A stretch of DNA of 64,000 nt from Candidatus Latescibacterota bacterium (GTDB lineage Bacteria > Latescibacterota > UBA2968): positions 1,024,001 through 1,088,000 of the forward strand of contig OZ242320.1 in the NCBI GenBank assembly GCA_965208125.1, written 5' to 3'. Positions 26,357 through 36,962 of this stretch are shown piece by piece (position 1 is the stretch's first letter; every line of letters starts with the position of its first letter). The notes beneath the pieces were generated by a model, which saw only the letters and a list, made by a program, of their open reading frames with translations, was not told where the DNA came from and searched no databases. The position numbers and the translations under genes are program-made.

Positions 26357-27988
26357 ATGAGCAAAGATTTGAAAGCCGTTTTTCATTTTTGGAAGCGTTT
26401 TGCAAGTCAAAATGGCCTGAATCGCCGCGATTTAATTAAAGGCGTCGCCACCGCAAGTCTCGGTCTCGCAGCCGGAACCTTCGCCGCGCCACAGCTCTAC
26501 GGAAATTCAAACGTAGCGAAATCAAAACGACGTAATCGCATCCAACTCGAAAACGCCGAGCGTGGAACGCGCGACTGGTTGCTCACTAAGACCGACATCA
26601 ACGACATCGAACCGGTGGCGTTGTGGCGTTCCCCGCGAATCGAGGGCTACTGCTCCGAGACGAGTGTGAGTGCTGGCGACACGATCAAGATCATGGTGAG
26701 CACGAATCCAGTGTCCCAGTTTGATCTGGAGATCTTTCGCACAGGCTATTACGGCGGAACCGGCGGTCGCTTCATGAAGCGCTTTGATTCTATACAGGGC
26801 AAAACCCAGGCCGATCCGTCGATAGGCGAAAACCGTCTGCGCGAATGCCAATGGAATCCGTCGGTCGAATTCGAGATTCCAGACGATTGGCTGAGCGGCG
26901 TCTATCTGGGCAAACTCACTGCCAAGGAGGGCGGCGTGCAAAGCTACGTCATCTTTATTGTGCGCGATGGTCGCCCCTGCGATTTGCTCTTCCAGTGCAG
27001 CGACATGACCTGGCAAGCCTACAACAGCTGGCCTACCAACGAGTGGTCTCTTTACCACAACGACGAGAATGGCTACACGGGACATAAGAAAAGGAAAAAG
27101 TGGAGCACCAACGCGAACGATACCGGGTGGGTGAGTTTTGACCGTCCCTACGCGCAGTTCTGCCAGGATCATCTTGTCAAGAATCCCAAGTCCGTGGGCA
27201 CGGGCGAATTTCTTCTTTGGGAATTCCCCCTCTCCTATTGGATAGAGCAGCAGGGCTACGATGTGTCGTATATCTCAAATGTGGATACGCACAGGCACGG
27301 TCCGCGATTGCAACGCGCGAAAGGCTTTATCTCCGTGGGCCATGACGAGTATTGGACCCGGGAGATGTATGACAACGTTATCAAGGCTCGGGACGCCGGT
27401 GTCAACCTTGCGTTCCTGAGTGGTAATTCGGTTTGGGGTGTGGTGCCTTTGCTGCCCTCTGCCGAGGGGCAGCTCCACCGGATCATGCGACGCGAAGATA
27501 AGTTCATTGGCGAGGAACTCAGCAAGATGTTGAACAAGCGACGCGGCACCCCCGCCAAGTATCCAGCGGGGCCGGACGCGGCGTTGCTCATGGGGGGACG
27601 CACCGCCGGCATTGGCGGAGGTGACTGGACCTGCACCCAACCCAATCACTGGATCTATGATGGCACTGGCATGCAAAAAGGTGACACCATTGATGGACTA
27701 ATAGGCTGGGAATGGCATGGATCGCCTGCTCTCGAACTGCCTAACTTTGAAGTTCTGGCCGAGGGACCGATGCTACCGAAGAATCCCAGGTACAGTCCTC
27801 ATGCCGCTACGATCTACGATGGGCCCCAAGGAAACGTCGTCTTCAACGCCGGGACGATCTGGTGGGCGCAAGGCTTGTCGTCGCCTCCCGGCCACGTATT
27901 GCCCGCACATAGGCATGCCAAACCGCAAGGCCCGGACCCGCGCGTGCAGCGTATGATGACCAATGTGTTCGATCGGTTTATCAAGTAA
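26357..27988 (+). CDS. DMFase beta-subunit-like protein with Tat signal, copy 3
   Basis: 5' ~1 kb nearly identical to copy 1; 3' end shared with copy 2. Confidence 0.8.
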   Translation: MSKDLKAVFHFWKRFASQNGLNRRDLIKGVATASLGLAAGTFAAPQLYGNSNVAKSKRRNRIQLENAERGTRDWLLTKTDINDIEPVALWRSPRIEGYCSETSVSAGDTIKIMVSTNPVSQFDLEIFRTGYYGGTGGRFMKRFDSIQGKTQADPSIGENRLRECQWNPSVEFEIPDDWLSGVYLGKLTAKEGGVQSYVIFIVRDGRPCDLLFQCSDMTWQAYNSWPTNEWSLYHNDENGYTGHKKRKKWSTNANDTGWVSFDRPYAQFCQDHLVKNPKSVGTGEFLLWEFPLSYWIEQQGYDVSYISNVDTHRHGPRLQRAKGFISVGHDEYWTREMYDNVIKARDAGVNLAFLSGNSVWGVVPLLPSAEGQLHRIMRREDKFIGEELSKMLNKRRGTPAKYPAGPDAALLMGGRTAGIGGGDWTCTQPNHWIYDGTGMQKGDTIDGLIGWEWHGSPALELPNFEVLAEGPMLPKNPRYSPHAATIYDGPQGNVVFNAGTIWWAQGLSSPPGHVLPAHRHAKPQGPDPRVQRMMTNVFDRFIK

Positions 27989-28007
27989 GGTCCAAGTGAG
28001 GAAATAC

Positions 28008-29123
28008 ATGAAACCTGTCGTCGCGCACAGTGCCAACCCCTATTTGCCAGCCACAGCCACCTGGATATACGATCAAATTCGCGCACTGAAACGATATCGC
28101 CCCATCGTCCTCACACAAACGCGCCAGAACCTGGACCGCTTTCCCATAGAACCCGTCTTATCAGCCGAAGATATCTCGCCCATTCGCAGAACAGTTCTGC
28201 GCTTCATTCGCAAAATGCGCGGCACATACGCCGGCTATGAAAACTGGCTCCGCGAACACAACGCCGCCCTCATCCACGCACATTTTGGACAAGAGGGATA
28301 CCGATGTCTCTCTGCAAAACAGCGCGCGGGCATCCCCCTCATCACCACCTTTTACGGCCTGGACGTATCGGCACTGCCCCGGCAAAAAAAATGGCAAAAA
28401 CGGTACAAACGACTCTTTGCCGAAGGCGACCTCTTTCTGATCGAAGGTCCCTTCATGGGCGAACAACTCATCGCACTGGGATGTCCTGCTAACCGGGTAA
28501 TCGTACAACACCTGGGCGTAGATCTCGACAAAATACCCTTCAGAACAGACCCCACACCCAAACAACCCATCGTATTGACATACAGCGTATTTCGAGAAAA
28601 AAAGGGATTGAAATATGCAATCCAGGCATTTGCAAAAATAGCGGAAAAATACCCGGACGCCCAACTGCGGATGATCGGCGACGGGCCTTTGCGTCCACAA
28701 CTACAAGCTGAAATACGAAATCTACACCTTGAAAACCGCGTAAAAATGCTCGGCCTGCTCCCCCATCCCACCGCACTTGAAGAACTAAAACGCGCAACAA
28801 TCCTTTTATATCCCAGCGTCACAGCATCAGACGGCGACACCGAAGGCGGTGCCCCCGTCGCACTCATCGAAGCCATGGCAATGGGCGTCCCCATCGTATC
28901 GTCCCTACACGCCGACATTCCCGAAGTAGTAATAAACAAAACCTGCGGCCTATTATATCCCGAACGAGATATAGCGGGCCTCGCTGAAGGATTGGACACC
29001 CTCCTCAGTTCCCCCGAACAATTTGGCCGCGCTGGCCGCACCCATGTCGAAGAGCAACACAACCTTCAAAAACAAGCCGAAAAATTAGAGGCGATTTATG
29101 ATCGGGTTACAGGAATAAAATAG
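28008..29123 (+). CDS. Glycosyltransferase family 4 (WcaL-like)
   Basis: IHAHFG, EKKGL, IGDGPLR, GDTEGGAPVALIEAMAMG. Confidence 0.9.
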   Translation: MKPVVAHSANPYLPATATWIYDQIRALKRYRPIVLTQTRQNLDRFPIEPVLSAEDISPIRRTVLRFIRKMRGTYAGYENWLREHNAALIHAHFGQEGYRCLSAKQRAGIPLITTFYGLDVSALPRQKKWQKRYKRLFAEGDLFLIEGPFMGEQLIALGCPANRVIVQHLGVDLDKIPFRTDPTPKQPIVLTYSVFREKKGLKYAIQAFAKIAEKYPDAQLRMIGDGPLRPQLQAEIRNLHLENRVKMLGLLPHPTALEELKRATILLYPSVTASDGDTEGGAPVALIEAMAMGVPIVSSLHADIPEVVINKTCGLLYPERDIAGLAEGLDTLLSSPEQFGRAGRTHVEEQHNLQKQAEKLEAIYDRVTGIK

Positions 29124-29126
29124 GAC

Positions 29127-29155
29127 GTAGGAGCGGGTTTGAAACCCGCTCCTAC
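29127..29155. repeat. GTAG-type REP-like palindrome
   Basis: GTAGGAGCGGGTTT-g-AAACCCGCTCCTAC perfect inverted repeat. Confidence 0.75.
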
Positions 29156-29279
29156 AATGGATAACTAACCACTGACCGCAATAAAGGATAACCTGCACCA
29201 ATGGTTATTCTTGACATCCGCAACTATTGGCACAATTTATGACAGTGCCATTTCCCGTGCATTTAAAATGGAGACAAAG

Positions 29280-30653
29280 ATGCCTGAACATCCCAACCTC
29301 GTATTTGTATTCCCCGATGAATATCGCAGACAGGCCATGGGATTCATGAACGAAGACCCCGTAATAACGCCCAACATCGACCAATTTGCGTCCGAAAGCC
29401 TCGTATTAACAGACGCCGTAAGCACCAGACCCGTATGCAGCCCATATCGGGCAATGCTATTCACCGGACAATATCCCCACGCCAATGGCGTACTCGGCAA
29501 CGTCAACTCCACCACAGAACAATACGAAAACTACCTGCGAGAAAACGCACGGTGCTTCTCAGACGTATTACACGACGCTGGCTACAATCAGGCGTACCTG
29601 GGCAAACTACACCTCGACCCACCCAATGAGCAATATCAATACACCGAAGGACCGAGAGGAAATGGCGTCATCTGGGACTCATATACCCCACCGGGACCGC
29701 GCAGACACGGATATGACTTCTGGTATTCCTACGGCTGTTGCGACTGGCACTTCAACCCCCACTATTGGACCGGCAATGACCCCATTGAAAAGCGCATTGA
29801 ACCGCGGGAATGGTCCCCCAAACACGAAACCGACATCGCAATAAACTACATCCGCAATGAAGGTGGCAAATACAGAGATCCCGAAAAACCATTCTCACTC
29901 GTCATATCCCACAACCCACCGCACATGCCATTCAAACAAGTACCAGAAAAATACGTCGCCCAATACGGCGACGCCACCCATGAAGACCTCTTAACGCGCC
30001 CCAACGTCCCCACAGATGCACGCGGCGACAGCGCCCGAGAAAACGCGAAACACTACTTCGCCATGGTAACCGGCGTCGATGAAAACTTCGGACGCATACT
30101 GGACTGCTTGAAAACAGAGGGCCTGGAAGAAGATACCATCGTAGTCTTCACCTCTGACCACGGTGAAATGATGGGCAGCCACGGCCGCATAGGCAAAACC
30201 GTACACTACGAAGAATCCTTTACCGTACCATTTATCATCCGCTGGCCCGGAAAAATCACACCCGGCACAGATGACCTGTTAATCGGCACACCCGACTTGA
30301 TGCCCACATTGCTCAACCTCATGGGCGTGGGACAGATCCCCGACAGCGTCCAGGGAACGGATTACTCCGACATCCTGCTCGGCAGAGAAGGCACACGCCC
30401 GACCTCTGCACTCTACCTCAACGTAATGCCCGCCGACCCCGCGGGTGGAGCGCGCGGCGTACGCACACACCGACACACCTATGTCGTCACGCGAACGCCC
30501 GAAGGCGAAGAAATAATCCTCCACGACAATATCGCAGACCCCTATCAACTCCAAAACGTCGCCAGCGATCATCCCGGCCTTGTGGCAGAGCTTGGGGAAG
30601 AAATGAACAACTGGTTGGAAAAAACTGGCGACCCATGGTTAACCCAACAATAA
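29280..30653 (+). CDS. Sulfatase
   Basis: PNLVFVFPDE, TPNID, PVCSPYR, GKLH, FTSDHGEM. Confidence 0.92.
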   Translation: MPEHPNLVFVFPDEYRRQAMGFMNEDPVITPNIDQFASESLVLTDAVSTRPVCSPYRAMLFTGQYPHANGVLGNVNSTTEQYENYLRENARCFSDVLHDAGYNQAYLGKLHLDPPNEQYQYTEGPRGNGVIWDSYTPPGPRRHGYDFWYSYGCCDWHFNPHYWTGNDPIEKRIEPREWSPKHETDIAINYIRNEGGKYRDPEKPFSLVISHNPPHMPFKQVPEKYVAQYGDATHEDLLTRPNVPTDARGDSARENAKHYFAMVTGVDENFGRILDCLKTEGLEEDTIVVFTSDHGEMMGSHGRIGKTVHYEESFTVPFIIRWPGKITPGTDDLLIGTPDLMPTLLNLMGVGQIPDSVQGTDYSDILLGREGTRPTSALYLNVMPADPAGGARGVRTHRHTYVVTRTPEGEEIILHDNIADPYQLQNVASDHPGLVAELGEEMNNWLEKTGDPWLTQQ

Positions 30654-30663
30654 GGAGCAATAA

Positions 30664-31974
30664 ATGGCAGATTCTCCAAATCTCCTCGTCATACACACCG
30701 ACGAACAAAGCTGCTGGACATTGAGCGCGTATGGCGGAACACTCGTCGAAACGCCCCACATCGACTCCCTGGCAAACGAAGGTGCCATCTTGACCAACTT
30801 CATGGTCAACGTCGCCGTATGCACCCCCTCCCGAGGCGTATTCCTCACCGGGCGTTATGAACATGTACACGGCGCGTATCGCAACAACATCCCCCTCAAC
30901 CGCGATGAAATCACATTTGCACAAGCACTAAAAGACCGCGGATACGACACCGGATACGCCGGCAAATGGCATCTGGACGGACCCCCGCGTCCCGGCTGGG
31001 TACACCCCGAACGCACAATGGGTTTTGACGACGCCCAATACATGTTCAATCGCGGACACTGGAAAAAAATCGAAGATACCGACATGGGCGATGTGCAACC
31101 CACAGTATTTAATTACAGAACCATGGGCGACGAAAAAACCTATCCAACGGACTGGCTAACCGAAAAAACCAATGAATTTATGACGCGAGATCGAGAAAAC
31201 CCATTTTGTTTCATGCTCAGCATACCCGACCCCCATCCGCCATTTACCGTACGCCCACCCTACGACACCATGTACAACCCCGCAGACATGCCATTGCCCG
31301 ACACGCGCAACGAAGAAAACCAGCCCAGTTGGGTATCCAACAGACAGGCTCCAGAAGATGATATCTTACGCAAACACATGGCCCAATACTGCGGCATGGT
31401 CAAAGTCATAGACGACTGCGTGGGCAGAATGCTTGATGCACTGCGCGAAAAAGGCATCCTGGACAACACAATTGTGGTCTTCACCTCCGACCACGGCGAA
31501 TACCTGGGCGAACACGGATTAATGGGCAAAAATCAACTCTACGAAACAGCGTATCGCGTCCCCATGTTAATCCGCTGGCCCGAGAAAATCCCGGCTGGCA
31601 CGCGAATAGAACACCTGGTCGGCTCCGTCGATTTTATGCCCACCATCCTGACCCTCATGGGATTTGAACCCTGTGGCCGCGAACACGGACGGGACGCATC
31701 CGCACTCTTGCGCGGCGAAGAAACCGAATGGGACGACATCTGTTATATCCACCACGATCCCAACAGAGCTGGCGTATTCACCCCCAATTACGAACTCGCC
31801 TATGTAAAGGACCACGACGCCATACTCTTTGATCGTCAAAACGATCCCGACCAGGTGAACAACCTGTTTGACGCCCCCGAACACCGGGAAATGATCGCAA
31901 CCATGACCGCCGACCTCGCTGCGCATCACGCATCGGTCAACTCGCCATCAGCAGAATGGTTGCGGGAGCTATAA
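30664..31974 (+). CDS. Sulfatase
   Basis: PNLLVIHTDEQ, VCTPSRG, GKWH, FTSDHGEYLGEHG. Confidence 0.92.
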   Translation: MADSPNLLVIHTDEQSCWTLSAYGGTLVETPHIDSLANEGAILTNFMVNVAVCTPSRGVFLTGRYEHVHGAYRNNIPLNRDEITFAQALKDRGYDTGYAGKWHLDGPPRPGWVHPERTMGFDDAQYMFNRGHWKKIEDTDMGDVQPTVFNYRTMGDEKTYPTDWLTEKTNEFMTRDRENPFCFMLSIPDPHPPFTVRPPYDTMYNPADMPLPDTRNEENQPSWVSNRQAPEDDILRKHMAQYCGMVKVIDDCVGRMLDALREKGILDNTIVVFTSDHGEYLGEHGLMGKNQLYETAYRVPMLIRWPEKIPAGTRIEHLVGSVDFMPTILTLMGFEPCGREHGRDASALLRGEETEWDDICYIHHDPNRAGVFTPNYELAYVKDHDAILFDRQNDPDQVNNLFDAPEHREMIATMTADLAAHHASVNSPSAEWLREL

Positions 31975-31985
31975 TAGGAGGATCT

Positions 31986-32465
31986 ATGGCATTTGATTCA
32001 CGGCTGCAACGAGATATAATGGGGCGGTTTGCAACCGGCGTAACCGTCGTCACCACGCGATACAAAAACGGCGACATAACAGGCATGACAGCCAACGCCG
32101 TCATGTCTTTATCGCTGGACCCACCGCTCGTTGTGGTATCGGTCGATAAATCGGCGAACATGCACAGCGCCTTATCAGACGGACAGTGTTATGCAATCAA
32201 CATCCTCACCCGGGAGCAGGAACATCTGTCCAACCGATTTGCCATACCGGGGCCAAAGGACTTTTCCGACCTGACATTGCGCGAAAGTAAAACAGGTGCG
32301 CCGATATTGGAGGGAACACTGGGATATCTCGACTGCAAGATAGTGAGCATCTTGCCAGCAGGCGATCACGACATGTTTGTAGGAGAAATACTGGCGGGAG
32401 AATTGGGAGAGGGGAATCCGTTGCTCTATTATGGAGGGAAGTATCGAAGTATGGCAGAAGAATAA
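31986..32465 (+). CDS. Flavin reductase family protein (HpaC/RutF-like)
   Basis: MGRFATGVTVVT, GMTANA, SLSLDPP, AGDH, PLLY. Confidence 0.92.
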   Translation: MAFDSRLQRDIMGRFATGVTVVTTRYKNGDITGMTANAVMSLSLDPPLVVVSVDKSANMHSALSDGQCYAINILTREQEHLSNRFAIPGPKDFSDLTLRESKTGAPILEGTLGYLDCKIVSILPAGDHDMFVGEILAGELGEGNPLLYYGGKYRSMAEE

Positions 32466-32467
32466 AC

Positions 32468-34183
32468 TCAGGTATGAACATACATATCCAAAAACCGCTT
32501 TTCGCCTTCCGAACTGCCAATAAGGAGAATCTCCGCCGCTCTTGGCAGAGGTTTATTGGGATCGGGATTGAGTTGCATTTCGTGGTTATCATTAAGTGCG
32601 ATAATCGTGCATCCCGTATTCCTGCGAATAGCTGAATTTGCAATCGTTCTTCCAACAAGTGAAGAGGGTATCTTCATCCTGAACACGCTGATATCCTCGC
32701 TAAACACGCTGAGGCTCTCTGCCACCATCAGGGTATCACTGCGTTTTAAGAAATTGAAAATCGCATCTGCGCCCATCGACGCATAAGACATGACAAAATC
32801 CGCGCCCGCACGGTGCAGAGTCGCGATATTTCTCTCTTGCGTAACACGGCTGATAATCTGAATTTCCGGATTTAATCGCCGGCAATAAACCGTGAGATAA
32901 ACATTGATATCATCGTCGTGCGTCGTAATAATAACCGTCAACGCATCCAGAATCTCGGCTCTTTTTAAAACCTCAAAATCCGCGGCATTGCCCACAATGC
33001 AATTATCGAGCCTCTGAGCCTGATCTGCATCTTTTTCCACAATCCGATAGTCGATACCCTGTTCGACAAGCGTGCGCGCGGCCTCCATGCCAACGCCACC
33101 ACCACCGATGATGACAACGGGAGCATTTGAAACTTTGTAGATACAGAACAACTCGTTAAATCTATCCAATTGACTCTGCGTCCCCGTCATAACCAGCACC
33201 GTGTGGGGACCAATACGGGTATCGGGCAATGCCGATTGAAAAATACCGCGTTCCCAAACGCCGACCGCCGTCAGACCCAGTTCTCTACGCAGGCCAATCT
33301 CCTCAAGCGTTTTACCCACAAGAGGCGTATGGGCCGCCGTGGTCTCGGCAATGAACAAATCGTCGTACTGACCAATCACATGCGCTGCGGTCTCCCCGCT
33401 CTGGGTGCGCCGCGCAAGAGATGCGCCCAGCATTTTTTCGAGTTGAAGAACATGGTCGCATCCCGCTAATTCGAGAATATCTACAGAATCGGGATCATCC
33501 ACCTTGGCGATAATCGGCACAGTGGGATTGAGATCGCGCACAGTAAATGCAATATGGGTATTAATCGGATCGGTATCTGTTGTCGCAACAAGAGCCGCTT
33601 GTTCAATCTGCATTTTTTTGTACGTTTCAGGATTGTCCAAATCCCCAACCACAACATTGATACCCTGATCGTAAAGTTGCTGTGCATGCGCCAAATCTGG
33701 CGTGATGAGATAATAGGAATACTGGTAGCGATCCAGCTTATTGATAAGCGCTTGTGCAATGGGGTCATAGTTGGTCAACAAAATATGGTCTCGCGTACTG
33801 CGGGGCAACTGACGCGGCGCGCGGGCTTCGGATTGGGCTTGAATCCACGGCGCGTAAAAAAACTGAATAAAAGTAAACGGCAGAACAATGAGCAAAAAAA
33901 TCATACCAGTCAGCAAAACAATCATAGAGAATAAACGCCCCAAATCCCCCTGGAAAGTAATATCGCCAAAACCCAATGTTGACATAACCGTAAGCGTCCA
34001 ATAAAAGCCCGTAAACCAGCTAAACTCCTGGCCCTCACTGAGCATAATCAGATGAAAAAGAACGCTGAAAACCGTAACAATCACAGAAAAGGCCAGCAAC
34101 AACTTGAACAAAGTTCCGAGATTTCGCCGAGTTGTGCGCCTTCGCAATAAAAAGGCGAATTGTGGGGTAAGACCCTTGATCAT
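32468..34183 (-). CDS. Potassium channel with two RCK (TrkA-N/TrkA-C) modules
   Basis: 2TM pore with TVMSTLGFGD filter; IIGGGGVG; LHRAGADFV. Confidence 0.88.
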   Translation of the reverse strand: MIKGLTPQFAFLLRRRTTRRNLGTLFKLLLAFSVIVTVFSVLFHLIMLSEGQEFSWFTGFYWTLTVMSTLGFGDITFQGDLGRLFSMIVLLTGMIFLLIVLPFTFIQFFYAPWIQAQSEARAPRQLPRSTRDHILLTNYDPIAQALINKLDRYQYSYYLITPDLAHAQQLYDQGINVVVGDLDNPETYKKMQIEQAALVATTDTDPINTHIAFTVRDLNPTVPIIAKVDDPDSVDILELAGCDHVLQLEKMLGASLARRTQSGETAAHVIGQYDDLFIAETTAAHTPLVGKTLEEIGLRRELGLTAVGVWERGIFQSALPDTRIGPHTVLVMTGTQSQLDRFNELFCIYKVSNAPVVIIGGGGVGMEAARTLVEQGIDYRIVEKDADQAQRLDNCIVGNAADFEVLKRAEILDALTVIITTHDDDINVYLTVYCRRLNPEIQIISRVTQERNIATLHRAGADFVMSYASMGADAIFNFLKRSDTLMVAESLSVFSEDISVFRMKIPSSLVGRTIANSAIRRNTGCTIIALNDNHEMQLNPDPNKPLPRAAEILLIGSSEGEKRFLDMYVHT

Positions 34184-34271
34184 ATCGGTTATTCCTCAAC
34201 AGGTAAACGGAGAATAGGGAACAAAAAGATAGAATATCACAACAGTTGTGTCAAACAGGAAGGAGTTCGAA

Positions 34272-35702
34272 ATGTCATCCAGGTACAATATCCTGCTCAT
34301 AATCTCAGAAGACAATGGGCAGCATCTGGGTTGTTATGGCGACCCTTATGCACAAACGCCGCATATAGATAAACTCGCCTCTGAAGGCGTGCGATTTGAG
34401 AACATGTATGCGACGCAGGCCGTATGCAGCCCCGGGCGGGCGAGTATCCTGACCGGATTATATCCACACCAGAATGGTCAGTTCGGATTGGCAACCCACA
34501 AATACGCATTGTACGATGCATTTCCCAACATGCCCCGCCTGTTAAAAAACGAGGGATACAGAACCGGGCTGATCGGCAAATTGCACATCAACCCCGAAGA
34601 CGCCTTTCCCTACGACCTGCGGTGGAACCCCAAAAAATTTATCAGCTTTGCCAACCGCGACGTACGCAAAATGGCCGAAGTTGCCGGTGAATTTATGAAA
34701 TCATCCGACGAGCCGTTCTTTCTACAAATCAGTTTTCCCGACGCGCACCTGCCATTCCACCGCCAACAATTCGGCGTACCAGAACAACCACAGGAAGGCA
34801 AAGACGTCGAGACGCTCCCATTTGTCGGCATTGACACCCCTCGCCTCAGAGAGGAAACCGCAGACTATTACAACTGCATGTCCAGATTGGACACCGGCAT
34901 AGGACTGGTCTTAGAACAACTGAGAGCGCTGGACAAAGCCGAAAACACACTCGTAATTTTTACCACCGATCACGGTGCCCAGTTTTCCCGGGGAAAAACA
35001 TCGATCTACGAGGGCGGATTGCGCATACCGCTAATCGTGCGATGCCCTGGTATCGGTCTTGGAGGCCACACGCGCGACGAACTGGTATCGCAAATCGACA
35101 TTTTGCCAACAGTAACAGACATTTTGGGAATAGCGTGTCCCACAGGAGTGGCGGGCGCATCCTTTGCCCCCCTGTTAAAAGGACAAAAAATTAACTGGCG
35201 CACCCATCTATACGCTGAATGGGGAAGCGGTGGCGTCGTCACGTATTTCCCACAGCGCTCCGTGCGAGATGACCGATACAAACTCATCGCCAACCTGCTC
35301 CTGGGCCGCCCAAGCCCGAGCGCACTGGGATATTCGGACAAGAACCAAAAATGGACATCTGGCGCGACACAAGAAGAAATAGCCAGCGCAGATAAGCGCA
35401 TTAGGGCAGCTTATGAAGTCTATGAACAACCGCCCGAATACGAAGTCTATGACCTGCAAAACGACCCCTGGGAATTTGAAAACCTATCCCATAATCCGGC
35501 ATACCGCGACGTATTACAGGCATTAAAAAATCGCCTTGAAACCTGGCAAAAAGAAACCAACGACGCCCTGAGACACCCTGAAAACCTGCATCGCCTCACT
35601 CGAAAACACGACGAAATCCTGGAAAAATACTACGCAGAAAGCATATGGGGAAGCTCTCGCGATTACGAATGGGATTACACCGAATACCTCTACGACCATT
35701 AA
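34272..35702 (+). CDS. Sulfatase (sulfamidase-like)
   Basis: NILLIISEDNG, AVCSPGRASILTGLYPHQNG, GKLH, TTDHG. Confidence 0.9.
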   Translation: MSSRYNILLIISEDNGQHLGCYGDPYAQTPHIDKLASEGVRFENMYATQAVCSPGRASILTGLYPHQNGQFGLATHKYALYDAFPNMPRLLKNEGYRTGLIGKLHINPEDAFPYDLRWNPKKFISFANRDVRKMAEVAGEFMKSSDEPFFLQISFPDAHLPFHRQQFGVPEQPQEGKDVETLPFVGIDTPRLREETADYYNCMSRLDTGIGLVLEQLRALDKAENTLVIFTTDHGAQFSRGKTSIYEGGLRIPLIVRCPGIGLGGHTRDELVSQIDILPTVTDILGIACPTGVAGASFAPLLKGQKINWRTHLYAEWGSGGVVTYFPQRSVRDDRYKLIANLLLGRPSPSALGYSDKNQKWTSGATQEEIASADKRIRAAYEVYEQPPEYEVYDLQNDPWEFENLSHNPAYRDVLQALKNRLETWQKETNDALRHPENLHRLTRKHDEILEKYYAESIWGSSRDYEWDYTEYLYDH

Positions 35703-35711
35703 GGAGAAAAT

Positions 35712-36962
35712 ATGGCAAAAACACACCTGACAATAGAAAACGAAAAATTTCTAATAAACAAGAAGGTGACCTACTCAGACATTGACGGGACGAATCCCGC
35801 TGCCCATGGCCTGCTCATGAACGCGCGATTTATCCAGGGCATATTTGACGACGCGATGGAACCCGACCGCTTTGCGCGATGGGGCCACGGCGAATGGGAT
35901 GCCATGGCCAATACCGAGCACCTCATTTCCGCACTGCCCGAATGGTATCGCTATGGACTGCGCGCATTCACAACTGGATTCCAGGGCGGAGGCCCGTGTT
36001 TCACAGTGCAAAACCACACCATCCAGAACAATCCCTTTGGCGAAGACGGCCTGAACCTCGACGCCGCCTATGCCGAGCGGATGGACAAACTGATCCGGGG
36101 AGCAGATGCGGTTGGAATGGTCGTCATCGTCAGCTTCTTTTACGGCTCGCAAACCCGCTGGATAGAAGATGAAAAAGCCATCCGCAACGCCGTAACAACC
36201 GCCTCGCGTTTTGTAAAAGAATATCCCAACGTCATCATCGAAGTCGCAAACGAAATGAATATTGGATCCTTTGCAAATCACCCCATCATTCAAGAACCCG
36301 AAGGAATGGTAACACTATTGGATCTCGCGCGAAAAGAATCGGGCGGCTTGCCCTGTGGGTGCAGTGGCGGGGGTGGATATCGCAACCGGAAAGTCGCCGA
36401 AGCCAGCGACGTCATACTCATACACGGAAACGGCTGCACGCGGCAGCGATATCACAACATGATACGAGAAGTGCAAAGCTGGAACCTGAACCACCCCATC
36501 GTGTGCAACGAAGATTCTCAGGCCATAGGACAACTCCAGGTCGCCTATAAAACGCAGACCTCGTGGGGATATTACAACAACATGACCAAACAAGAGCCAC
36601 CCGCCGACTGGAGAATCACCACCGGAGAAGACACCTTCTTTGCACACCGGATGGCAGAAGGCATAGGAATCGACACGGACCCGATTGATGACCAGTACTA
36701 CCTCCAGGGATTAGAACCCCATTGGGAATATCAGGGCCAGCGTTGGCTTCGACTCGCCAGCTTATATCCCGAAACAATCAGCTATGTCGATTTTTATCGG
36801 AATGGCAAATTCTACGACACCGCGTATGACGAACCCTTTTCCCTGCACTTTCAGACCAACTGGCGGCAAGGCGGCATCGACGTGCGAGACGATGACCGGG
36901 AATGGAAAGCCGTTATCCACCTCGGCGATGGGGAAGTGATTGAAAAGACGGTTCAATGTTAA
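35712..36962 (+). CDS. Hypothetical glycoside hydrolase-like TIM-barrel protein
   Basis: GMVVIVSFFY, NVIIEVANE and PIVCNED resemble clan GH-A catalytic Glu motifs. Confidence 0.55.
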   Translation: MAKTHLTIENEKFLINKKVTYSDIDGTNPAAHGLLMNARFIQGIFDDAMEPDRFARWGHGEWDAMANTEHLISALPEWYRYGLRAFTTGFQGGGPCFTVQNHTIQNNPFGEDGLNLDAAYAERMDKLIRGADAVGMVVIVSFFYGSQTRWIEDEKAIRNAVTTASRFVKEYPNVIIEVANEMNIGSFANHPIIQEPEGMVTLLDLARKESGGLPCGCSGGGGYRNRKVAEASDVILIHGNGCTRQRYHNMIREVQSWNLNHPIVCNEDSQAIGQLQVAYKTQTSWGYYNNMTKQEPPADWRITTGEDTFFAHRMAEGIGIDTDPIDDQYYLQGLEPHWEYQGQRWLRLASLYPETISYVDFYRNGKFYDTAYDEPFSLHFQTNWRQGGIDVRDDDREWKAVIHLGDGEVIEKTVQC

